Positions 13,171 to 24,532 of a DNA stretch of 64,000 nucleotides are shown one piece after another. Each line of letters starts with the position of its first letter. Positions within the stretch are counted from its first letter, which is position 1. Made by a program: the position numbers and the translations under genes. The stretch covers positions 1,375,533 to 1,439,532 of the forward strand of contig MU004199.1 of NCBI GenBank assembly GCA_010093605.1, given 5' to 3'. Under the pieces are notes generated by a model that saw nothing but the letters and a program-made list of their open reading frames with translations, made no database searches and had not been told where the DNA came from. Origin of the DNA: Lophium mytilinum. Lineage: Eukaryota.

Positions 13171-13811
13171 CGCCCTAGACCATAACCTCTCTTTTACCAG
13201 TGGACAAGTCGAGAGGCCATCAGCACGCAGCCCTCTATCGTGAGCTTCATCGCGCCAAACACACACTCTCTCAACACCAGCAGCTTCACTCCGCTAGCTA
13301 GCATCGTTACTTCAAGCGCGCCAACACTCTGACGATCGAAACAACTCTTCTTGGTCTAAGCAAGACATTCCAGAACCACCGCGTTGTCTGTCTGTCGCCC
13401 AGTCCCTCGAACAACCATCAAGTCGTCAACAACGACAACGATTCCTTAGATCTGCTTCCCCAAGATCTTCTGCGACCTTGAGACTTTAACAGCACACCTT
13501 GACTATCGAGACACATCTTGGATAGCATATCATGACCTTCTGACCGCTGCAAATATTGCGTTCAACACTGGTAAGTGGACTACAGCATCATCCTACGGCT
13601 CTTGTTCCACTCCTGGCATATATTCAACGTGGTCACTGATGATATCTCACAGAGATTCAGCTTTCTGAAACGACGCCTACAATCAAACCAAAGCTTGGCC
13701 TCAGTCCGCGCATCTACATCAACCAGCATTATCTCTCACACGACCCTCGCTGTCACCAGATACAACCTCTGAACACCCCTGAACTTCCGCTTCCGAGAAC
13801 AATAAGCAATC

Positions 13812-16413
13812 ATGTCTCAGCTGCGATTCAAATCAGCTACGTTGGCGAACACTCTGGCCCTGCGCCCGGCCACACGCCCTCTCATGATAGTCTGCGCCCA
13901 AGGCCGCTTCTTCTCCTATACCAATTGTGTGCAAGGCAAAGAATGGAAGAACGGATGCAGCAAAGGCTACATCTACAAGCCGAAAGGGCTGATCGAGCCT
14001 AAGTGGGATGAACTTCAGAAGATGATGAAGTGGCGAAGCCTGTCCTTCAACGAGTACTTCCAGTCCATCTTCGGAAGCCCGGACCCAAGGATGGCGAAGC
14101 GGGAATGGTATCAATGGGTGAAAGCAACCCCGGACCGCTACACGAGGGAGGAGATTAGAGCGAAAGAGTTGGAGGCCATCCACCGCGAGATCCACGAATC
14201 GCTTCGATTCATCGAAGAGTGGGCTAAGAACTACTCGAACCTCTGCGCGAAAATGGCCATGAAGAAGGTGGGCGAAGTTCTGGGTGGCAATGTTACTGGA
14301 CAGACACTCTTTGAGGAACATCGAGAAGGAGACCCGGTGCTGGACGCCCAGTTGGAGACTCGGATGCGCAGCTACGTCGATAGGATGCTGAACGCCGCGC
14401 GACTTTCGGAAGAGACTGGCGAGACGATAACAGTGCCCAAATTCGGGTCAGTGTCCGATCTTCGTAGACAGTCACGAGAGAGGTACGGAAGTACCTTCAA
14501 GGAGGCGGAAGGGCTAGCAGAGTACAAGAAGAAGTACTCTGATCTGATGCCTCCGGCAGAAGAGGCGGCAGATCCAGCGGGTCGTGTCTACGATCCGATA
14601 TCGCAACGGATGGTGCCCGTGGCTGGGGGGGCGGGAGAGGGGGTGAAGGCCCCCAAAGAGGGTGAGATGGAGGAGAGTGAGGTATGTCAAATCTTGAGAG
14701 CAAAGTTGAGAGGGAAGAAATGCTAATATTGACATGTAGGAGGCGAAGAAGAAGGGCCCCAGCGAGGGCGGAGAAGATGACAAAAGCAAGGTTCGTTCGA
14801 ATGAAATGTGGCCCAATACGCAGCATCGTGACTACATGCTGCGAATTGAGCACATGAAAAAGACATTAAAGATCTGGACGGAACAGAAAACTGGAACGTC
14901 CTCCGAGGCTTGTTCCTCGCCGCTAGCCGAAGCTACAAAAGACGCAATTCAAAGGCCATTGCTAACAAACTTTGACAGGGAGACTGAGACTGCGGAGAGT
15001 GGCCCCCTCATGCTGGGGCACGGGGAAGAGAGGGGAGAGGTGAGGGGAGATCTGCGGGGCGATGGTGGGTCGGCGGGGGAAGGGAATGGGAATCATAAAG
15101 AAAAGCTATACGATTTGACGAGAGACGTGAAGAATACGAAGGTCACTCCACAAACCCAAGGTAGCAGTCGCTGCTCGCCGTCTCCTTCTGTGAATTCTGT
15201 TCCTAGTGCTTTGTCTTCCAAATCAGCAACGCAGATTGAGGCTCTGTCCGCTGGTAAAGATACTGTGCTTGCAGATTCTGGAAGTGCCTCGATACCGGAA
15301 TCGATTACGAATTACGCTACAAAGGTCGCCGAGATATCCAAGGCCCTGGACACGCTATCCTCGATGAATAGAGACCAAGGAAGTGGTGGAAATTCGGTCA
15401 CTTCCGTACCCCAATCCATCACCGAATTCAACGCCAAAATAGCCGAACTAAAGCGGACTCTGGAGACCCTAAACCCCGTTCTCGAGCAGTCAAATGCCAA
15501 GTCAGGTTCGCCTAAATCAGACCCTCCGAAGCCATCTCCCTCACCAGTGCCTCGATTACAGTCTGCATTGGACCGAATAGCCTCTACACCAAGATCGAGG
15601 CCTAATATCTCACCGAGTGGGGAGTCACTTGGCAACGCGACTGCAGAGCTCAGGATCTCCCCAGATCCTTTACAGCATGAGCAATCTGCCAGCCCAGAGG
15701 CCCAGATCTCGAGTTCTCCTGCCCTCGATACAGAACCTCAACCTAAAACCGTGTACAAAGTCCTAGCCTACGACTCTGGCAACGACATTCTGACGACATC
15801 CATCACTACAACGCCACCTCGACCCGGCTGCCAGGAATCCTCTCTCAGCCTTCCTGATGCGTTATCTCTGCTCTCAAATCCGTCCAAATTCGTGCCGCAT
15901 CTACCGGCAAATTTCGAGCCGGTCCTATCCTCCGCGAACCTGCTTGTCCTGCGCGAGACACCAGATATCGGAGCTCTCGAGGGGCCAGTTGGCGACGCCA
16001 ACAATGACGTCGAGCCACTCCCGCACGTCCTGAACCAGGAGCGACGAGACGTAAACCCCGTCGATGGCACAACTGCCCCGTTTCCAGGAGCCGCTGTCGG
16101 CAACTATGCGAGTCCGACTGGCTTCGTGAACTACAATCAGCTGTCTCCTGTTTCTGGTGACCAGCCTCTCGATTCTGAGGCTACTGCGCAGTTGAAGGAG
16201 AAATACCATGCAAATCAGCATGATGAAGAGACTCACGAGAGAGATCGTGAGCAGTCTGGAGGTGGGCGCCACCGATCCGGGAGAAGATCGCACGGGAGAG
16301 GGGAGAGACGATCACACGGTGGAGCCGCTTCGGTGGCAAAGACTGCCATTGTGGGGGTTAGTGCTTGTTATATAGCTGGCGTTGCGGGGGAGGTTGTAGA
16401 GCCGCGGAGGTAG
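13812..16413 (+). CDS. Fungal hypothetical protein, Ser/Thr/Pro-rich, possibly mitochondrial
   Basis: Two long ORFs joined in frame by intron 14682-14739 (GTATGT...CTAAT...TAG). Arg-rich, acid-free N-terminus; blocks YDPISQRMV, YKVLAYD, VNPVDGT, GNYASPTGFVNY; hydrophobic segment near the C-terminus. Confidence 0.7.
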
Positions 16414-16769
16414 GGGATGGGGCGCATAGTGGGAGTAAAGGGGGCTTGAAAGTGGTTACATTTTTACGCTCAGGCTATGAATGTTGGACTGTATGATTTA
16501 AGACGTGGAGTAGATCTCCAACTCTGGGTAAGGGGCAATCTCGACTTCTTCATCTATTGAATTTTAGGAGAATGTAAATAGGCTGGTATGATATTAAGAT
16601 TGGACACTCACTTGCCACTGTCTAATAAGCTTCATCGAGGGATTAGAGGCCTGAATGTGATGTAAAGTGCACACAGTTCTGTATCTGACCGGCTTCCAAA
16701 CGATAACAGTTCCTTTTCTATGGACAGGCGTCCGTATCGCGGAACCAAAGTAACGTCATGGCTAGGAAA

Positions 16770-17215
16770 GGTCAAAGCAGACCCGGGACTGAGGATTTCT
16801 TCCACTCACTCATCGCCGTCAGGGGTGTCCTGGGGGACTGCCTTGAGTTTGAAGGCAATGTAATGCTCGTTGCCCGCGAAACTAGACGTGAGAATTCAAC
16901 GTGACTCAGTGCCTTTTTATCGCCGTCAGACGTGCCCCGTATGTTCATCTAAATCCCGGAGGTAAAGTAATAAATGCAAGGCCTAGATAAGACATAAGCT
17001 CCCGACCCTCTCTTCCACCAGTTTATCGCCGTTGGGGGAGCTACAGCTAGCTGTTAATAACCTGAACATCTTATCATGTTTATGAAGCCGTAAAGTAGAC
17101 GCGTGAATCCGGCATTTTGAAAGGCGGGTTTAGCACTATCAGAGGTGCCCTAATAGTGTGTCTTAAGGTCACGGTTAACCTAGCGTTCAAGAAGCGCTAA
17201 ATTAGATGAAGGATA
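16770..17215. repeat. Highly diverged ~107-bp periodic array (about 4.5 units)
   Basis: Motif ATCGCCGT(C/T)(A/G)G at 16812, 16919, 17025 and a degenerate copy at 17132; second motif AAANYAGAY-like 70-71 nt downstream in each unit (16883, 16989, 17096, 17203; also 16778). Confidence 0.6.
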
Positions 17216-18238
17216 AAAGGGCTTCTTATCTTGAACTCACACGTAATGCAACTTTCGCGGAATGCAAAATTGAGCGTGAGGTTTCAGGACATCTTCACAT
17301 CTGTCTGCCACTGTCGGCGATGGCCAAACGGCCGATTTGAGGATTAGACATGATGTGATGTTTGTGAAGCGTTAATTCAAGCATGCGGATATTGACGGTC
17401 TTACTACGCTTATACAGTACTAGCCATACGTCTGGGCACACTGATTCATCACTGCTCGGCTCCAATCTTGCCCACTTGACACCACTGAGAGGAGTGGCCC
17501 CGCTAGTCAGCAGTCAGTGCGTCAAGGAGAAGTCTGATTTATCCTGCCTGGAACTTGATATCGCGCCTAGACTTTCAGAACTCGTTGAAATGCTCCAAGC
17601 AATACCAAACGGGTGTGCACAGACTCATGGACGTGAGGACTCTCATTGGAACTTGTTGCGCTAAACCGAGTAAGGAACCAACGCTAAGACGCTTTAAGTA
17701 ATTTCAAGATCTTATCTCGCACTTTTCTGACGTGATAAATAGCGAAGGCTCATTCTTACTGAGAAACTGTTAGCAGGAAACTTTAAATATCTCTCTCAGC
17801 ATCTGACAGGCCTGCACGTTTAGCCGCATCATAACGCTAACCTGTTTTCGGAGATATTGCGAAGACCAAACCCCTAAGTGATGTTAACGTTGGATTGCAT
17901 CTCCTTTCGTCTAGACGATGACGTGCCTATATTACTTAGCAGAAGCTATGGCGTTCGTATATGGTACTTGTCGGCAGTAGAAGTTCGCATTTTCTCGCAG
18001 CATACTAGGACCAATCAATTCGGTCCATGATCGTCAGGAACGTACACGTTCGAGTTTAGCTCATTGAGGCTGAGAAATTTGACAATGAGAAAGTAGCGCG
18101 ATAACTCTATAACTTGGGAGTATAAAGGCACTGTGAAGGAAACTATACTCCTCATCTTCGTCAAGCTTCATCAACCTCGAGTCCCTTTCAATTCAGTATA
18201 ATTCTTGGAGTTCGTCTCCAGTTGTCCTCTCGATCGCC

Positions 18239-19516
18239 ATGAAGTCCAGATTTTCACTTCTATCCGTGGCAACGGGTTTACTGCCATGGGCTGAGGCTTA
18301 CGTCTCCCTTCCTATGACCAAGCTCCTCAACTATGAGAAGAGCGGATACACTGTCAGCATCACCATAGGAACCCCTCCGCAAACCGTAATGGCTGCCATA
18401 GACACTGGAAGCAGCGACGTCTTCCTATCCAGCTACGAGAACCCCTGGGGCTACTGTAAGCGTGCTCCCCCCATATTATCTCTCTAGACGATACTAACTC
18501 TCCACCTAGTCAACCCAAACATCTCCACCACCTACACACCGCTCATTTCCTTGGACCCCTTCGTCTCCCGCTACGGACAAGGCAACCAAAACGGGACTTA
18601 CCTCGCCGATACCATTTCCCTCGGCGTCACCACTGAAGCCAACTTGACCATGGCTCTCATCCCGCCCCCAGGCATGGGTGGCCCGCCCTACAACCTCCTC
18701 GGTCTAGACTTTGACGACGGCGAGATGAGACCTCAGCTCGCGGAGATAGCAGCCAACTATACCATACCAGAATCCGACCTCCCCACCTACCCGAATTTTG
18801 TCACCACGCTCAAGAACCAGGGCAGCATCCGCAAGCGCGCGTACAGCCTCTATCTGAACTCGTTGAACGCGAGGTTCGGGGAACTGCTCTTCGGCGCGAT
18901 CGATACCGCGAAGTTTGTGGCCCCACTCAAGTACGTGAGTATGGCGCGTAGTCCTGTCACGGGCCTGCACGACGTGATGATGGTGCCGTGGGTAGGGCTG
19001 TCAATGCGGACGGACAAGGGCACCGTACACCTGCCGCTCCCAATGAGACCAAATGCGACGTTTGATTCCGGGACGACGGTCTCGTACCTCCCGCTTGCGG
19101 CCGCGCGCCAGATCGCGGTTGAAACAGGGGCAGTGGAGCGGAATGTGAGCGGGGCGATTCGCTACTACCTCCCGTGCGACGCCGCGATGAACTTTTCGCT
19201 CAGCTATACCTTCGGCCATGGGAAGACGACGTGCGCGTCTGGTGGGCCGCGGATCGAGGTGCCGGCGAGCGAGCTCCTGTTGCCCCTGGGTGCGAACTCT
19301 GACGCAGATGTTCCGGATCTGCCAAAGTTCGGGGGATCCAAGACGTGCACGCTGGGCATCATGGGCGAGGAAACTTATACGCCTTATGTTGGGTATTTGC
19401 TGGGTGACACGTTTATGCGAAGCGCGTATCTGGTGTATGACCTTGAGGAGAAAAAGATTGGCATAGCGCAGGCGAAGCTGAATGTGACGGAGACGGAGAT
19501 TGTGGAGTTGTGTTGA
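18239..19516 (+). CDS. Secreted pepsin-family (A1) aspartic protease, yapsin/candidapepsin-like
   Basis: Signal peptide MKSRFSLLSVATGLLPWAEA, catalytic DTGS and DSGT motifs, LLGDTFMRSAYLVYDLE; intron 18456-18509; TATAAA at 18121. Confidence 0.9.
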
Positions 19517-20251
19517 TTTCTGGAAGTACACACAGTGGGGTGTTGACTGAATCGTTGCGCAAGAGTCAAATTTATTGCAGCAGGATGTATGATAAACCAC
19601 TCATTAGGTTGATGTTCCAAAGCTAGCTTCAATGCCCTATGCGGACCCTAGCATGATTCCAAAGTGGTTTAAAATTCGTCTAACTAGTAGTAAGGAGAAC
19701 TATGCCGCTGCATTCTAGCGCTGGCAGTCATGTATACAAACCATATGTCGTATTGAGTAGAAGAGTATAGGAGGAGATGCAGAAGTCGCGAGCACTGAGC
19801 CCATTAACCTAAATGTAAGGATTGGTAGGCCTGGCCTAGATTATGTCGTCAGCTGCCGGTAGTGTCGTCGCAACGATGCGGAACCGTATTAGTTTGTGTG
19901 GCCGCTTGGGTATAAGTCGAGACGGTGGACTCAGGAAAGACAGAGTGAATGACGTGGCCACGCAAAGTGCAAGAAGAAGGAAGTGAAAGGAACATATGTA
20001 AATCTTCCCAGTCGTGTGGGATGAGAAAGGGGGCACCTATGAAAGGGGGACAAGACTTGAAGTCGGAGAAAAAGGGAATGCCAAGACCGCGGAGCTTCAC
20101 TTCCTTCCAAGACGCGTAGAAGCGCGCCTGTCCAAAATCTTTCACCAAGCTACCTACCGCCCAACCGCCCACTCTATATAGATTCCACGCTGCAGGCGGC
20201 GCATAGCACTGTAATGTTTTTGAGTCCTACACCACTCCTGCGATTGTAGAC

Positions 20252-22886
20252 ATGGACGACTCCCCGCGACAGTCGAAGAGGAGGAAGCTCGACACCCCTT
20301 CGCGCAATGTCTCGAGTCCGCTCCCGTCCAAACCGCATACGCCTGGCACCCTCAGGCGACCTACCCGCCGAATTGCTTCACTTTACAATGCTGAGAGCAA
20401 GGGCTCTTCGCTTGCCAATGGCTTCCCACGAGCACGGCTGAATCAGAATGACGACAAAGACGTGTACGACGACATTGATGGCGCCCTCCACACACCTGCG
20501 AAGCGCCTACGAGACCGACTGCGTGCACAGTTTCACGAAAGCGATCCTTCGCCAAAGAAGACGGGCTTGGTGCCGAAAGAGCCGGTCAGTAGGAAACGTG
20601 GTGGGAAAGACTTTGGGAACAGCACGCCGAAGAGAAAATGGACATCTCGAAGTGCAGGCTTGGATACAAACAAAGGAGTTTCGGAGGAAGGGGAGGAAGC
20701 AGTGGAGAGCAATGGTGAAGACGAGCTAGCTGCTGGCTTGGTGACGCCCTCTACTCGCAGAATTCACAAAGAGGCCACCAACGGCAACAACGGCAGAAGT
20801 ACACCCTCCCTGTCGCGCACTCGTACTTCCACTAGGATAGCTGCGAACAGCAATTCGAACGGTACGAACGGACATGTCTCGCCCTCCTCTTCCCGAGCGA
20901 AGACACGACGGAAGCCCCGGACAGAACCGTCTGCGCACGACGGCTCTGAGAACGAGGAAATGGACTTGGTTGATGCCGATGCGGATACAAACCAGGACAT
21001 GCCAGATCAAGCTTCCGAACTGCCGAAGATGACTACCCGAACGGCTGGACGACGAACGCGAAATAGGGTAGACCATGATGAAAATGCCGTTAGCTCACCT
21101 ATTTTGGAGCAGAATAAACCTACTTCCCGGCGAAGGAAGCGGACCAATGCTGACCATGATGGAATTGACACCGATCTGCCTCATTTAGAGGACTCTGGGT
21201 TGGAGATGGAGGTTGCTGGGTCCGGAGAGCTTGAAGAGGAAGAGGAAGAGGAGGATGATATGGTGCTTCCCCACACCAACGGACACTTTCAAGATGATCA
21301 AGAGCAGTCTGATGGACAAATCGAAATATCCGAAGTGTTGGAGGAGAGCAGCCCTTTTGTATCGACCCGGGACCAGGGCCATTCGACTGTGTCACTCGGA
21401 AAGAAAACACAGGCCGACTCAAACAGCGGACTCGCCCTTTTGAAGAATATCGTAGTGGAGAGGCTTACTGCGAAACGTCCTACTCCTTTGCTCGGTCTAG
21501 ATGATGAGTACCGGAACGTGTACCAACTGGTCGAGAACACCGTCGTAGCAGGGGAAGGAAACTCAATGCTTGTGATTGGCGCCCGAGGTAGCGGGAAGAC
21601 AGCACTTGTTTCCAAGGTTCTCTCCGAGATCTCCAAAGAACACCGCGAGGAATTCCACACTGTCAGGCTGAATGGATTCATTCACACTGATGATAAACTG
21701 GCTCTTCGTGAGATCTGGAGGCAATTAGGGAAAGAGATGGACCTTGAAGAGGACAGCTTGGGGAAGAACTACGCCGACACCCTCTCAAAACTCTTGGCCC
21801 TGCTTTCGCATCCTTCTGAGCAGACTGGAGAGGAGACAGAGCAAGTTGCAAGAGCTGTCGTCTTTGTCATGGATGAATTCGACCTTTTCACGCTGCATCC
21901 ACGACAAACATTGCTATACAACCTGTTCGACATTGCACAGTCTCGCAAAGCTCCAATCGCGGTACTAGGACTCACTACCAGGATCGACGTCTCAGAGAGC
22001 CTCGAGAAGCGTGTGAAAAGTAGATTTAGTCACCGCTATGTCCATTTATCGCTCTCGAAAACCTTCACTGCGTTTCAAGAGACCTGTAAGGCGGCACTCA
22101 TGCTCCAACCTGAAGACCTCAACATCGAAGAGCGTGCAGTTCTCTCTAAACCCACTACCGTGACGCCTAAGAAGACAGCCAAGAATTCCAAGACTACCAC
22201 CCTTCTGGCCGCCTGGAATTCTAGCATCTCGGTATGTTCATCGCTCTCTCCCCTCTTCCTTTGCATAACGCTAATGATCATAGACGCTCTTTGCTACGAA
22301 AGCTTTCATAACATCCCAGCTCGGTCCAATCTACTACCGCAGCAAATCCATCAAAGAAGTCCTTACTTCTCTACTCACTCCCACGGCCCTGCTCACTCCG
22401 TCCACCTTCCCGCCTTCCCCTTCCGCCTTCTTCACGCCAAACCCCTCTCTTGCCTCTCTGACGAATACCCTCGCACCGCCGGACTCCAAACTCGCCCTCC
22501 TTCCCAACCTCTCCCACGTTCAACTCGCCCTTCTCATCGCCGCTGCCCGTCTCGACGTCGTTCTCGACACCGACACTTGCAATTTCAACATGGCGTATGC
22601 CGAGTATGTGTCCCTAGCCGCTAAAGCGCGCATGCAGAGTGCAGCGGGTGGTGCCGTCGCGAGTGGTGGCGCTACGAGAGTGTGGGGAAAAGAGGTCGCG
22701 ATGCGGGAGTGGGAGAGATTAGTCAGGTGGGAGCTTGTGGTGCCGGTAATAGGACTTGGCGCTGGAGCTGGCGGAGCGGGCGCGATGGTCAGGGTGGACA
22801 TGGCGCTAGAGGAGATTATCCCAAGTGTCCAGGCTGGAGGGGGGCAGATGGATAGGGTATTGGAGAAGTGGTGTCGGCAGATTTGA
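20252..22886 (+). CDS. orc4: Origin recognition complex subunit 4 (AAA+ ATPase) with long low-complexity N-terminal extension
   Basis: GEGNSMLVIGARGSGKT (Walker A), VRLNGFIHTDD, VFVMDEFDLF, RQTLLYNLFD, LEKRVKSRFSHR; intron 22232-22283 restores the frame to the C-terminal exon ending WCRQI. Confidence 0.93.
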
Positions 22887-23123
22887 GCAGGGCTAGAGAT
22901 CAAGACGGATTGAGGGGAAGTGAGTGTACATGTATTCCTAGGCGGGTGGCATGAGTACGTACGGTAGTAAGACAGATAAGGACGGAACATCGTACTTCAG
23001 CCTCTCTAGGTTGGAATCACGTGCTCGCAAAAATGACGCTAACGACAACTTTATTATAACATCGCGAAAATCGCCCACTTCTTCTTTTCTTCTTCATTAA
23101 GCTCTGAGGCGCCCGTTTTAGGG

Positions 23124-23942
23124 TTGCCGTTTTCACCGTCAAAGGACCACTCTTCTCCTGGTATCGACAACATCGAGCACATCTACTCTCCCAAAGGACC
23201 CTCTACCCGCCTGCCTACTCAAAGGCTCCGGTCCTGCTTTTCACCTCCTAAAGGATCCTCTGCCCGCCTGCCCGCTCAAAGGCTCCGGTCACTCTCATTC
23301 TTACCGCCTCTCAAAGGACCCTCTACCCGCCTGCCTATCCAAAGGCTCCGGTCCTTCCCATCACCTCCCAGGGCATCTACCTACCTGCCTATCCAAAGGC
23401 CAAGCCCTCCCCTGCTTCCCTCTTCTCCTCGCCGTCCACCAAGATACCCCGAAAGAAAAATAAGGCCAAAACCAAGACGAAGACCACAGCCTCGGCCTCA
23501 GACGACGACGAGCCGGACAGGATGGATGAGACCGGTGCATCTGCTGAAATGGCAACTTAAGCAACAGATTGAGGAGAAGGATGAAATGATTGGGGCACGA
23601 GATCACGAAATTGAGACCCTCCGTGCTAGACTAGACCGCCTCCAAACCGAAAACAAGGGGGATGTTGGGAAACTTGAAAGGGCTCTCATGATATCTAACG
23701 CGAAGGTCGCGCAGCAACAAGAAATTCTTTCGAACGTCCAGGCAGAGAGAACTTGCAAGTCCGAGGCAAAAGACGCGACGATCAAGAAGCTCAACGCTAA
23801 GTACGATAGGTATGCTGACTGGGCTGTACGGCAGATAAAAGCGTATGAAGAGGCGCTTGAGAATGCTAAGGAAGGGAAGAAGGTGCGCGACGATTATTTA
23901 AAGGCCTTACTACCGGGTTGGAAGGGGCCTCCGGGAGCATGA
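23124..23942 (+). CDS. Hypothetical protein: Pro/Arg-rich repeats followed by predicted coiled coil; start uncertain
   Basis: 272-codon open frame; first in-frame ATG only near 23525; heptad-rich C-terminal half (LKQQIEEKDEMIGARDHEIETLRARLDRL). Confidence 0.45.
   Translation: MPFSPSKDHSSPGIDNIEHIYSPKGPSTRLPTQRLRSCFSPPKGSSARLPAQRLRSLSFLPPLKGPSTRLPIQRLRSFPSPPRASTYLPIQRPSPPLLPSSPRRPPRYPERKIRPKPRRRPQPRPQTTTSRTGWMRPVHLLKWQLKQQIEEKDEMIGARDHEIETLRARLDRLQTENKGDVGKLERALMISNAKVAQQQEILSNVQAERTCKSEAKDATIKKLNAKYDRYADWAVRQIKAYEEALENAKEGKKVRDDYLKALLPGWKGPPGA
23188..23400 (+). repeat. Tandem repeat, four copies of 57-63 bp, frame-preserving
   Basis: AAAGGACCCTCTACCCGCCTGCCT...CAAAGGCTCCGGTC units at 23193, 23250, 23313, 23370 (spacings 57, 63, 57); encodes PKGPSTRLPxQRLRS. 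Confidence 0.85.
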
Positions 23943-24532
23943 AGTAGTAAAAGTCAAATCAGAAACCACAATCTACACTATTCTTCTTGCAATCGTGACG
24001 AGGTGATAAAGCCAAAAGCGAGTATACTTTGCCACGGTGTCACTCATCGGCTTCCGCGGGCATAGTCGGGACACGGTGGAGGGTTTGCTATTGTGGTCGA
24101 ATTCGCCAGGTGGAGACCCGTAGAGTAAGCATCCCCGTCCCGTCCAAGTATGTACTAACAACCGCCAACGTGCGTATAGTTGGCAGGGGCCTGCGTGGTT
24201 GAGGACGAGCCTTTCGCACGCCTCCTTGTTTTCGGGCTCTGTGTCGTATTTCTCGCCTGTCAGGCGCCCCCAGGACCCTCTACCTGCCTGCCGATTTGAA
24301 GCCACGGTCCTGCAGACATCCATTCGTCAGTGTAGATGACACCTTCATCCCCCACATGGTCCTCCCGCGTCGAGATACAGAGGTGTTCCATCGCGATCTT
24401 CAGGCTGAAGGGCAAGAAGATTGCTGCCGAAAAGCAGGCAGACATCTAGCTCACATACTTTTGAGAAGAACCAGCGTAAATTTTCCTATCAATACAAGCA
24501 CCCTAATCATCCCTCACATTTTCTCCTTCAAC

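Noticed and set aside
16770..17215. CRISPR array interpretation of the 107-bp periodicity
   Set aside because: Eukaryotic context, conserved blocks only about 10 bp and imperfect, no cas genes.
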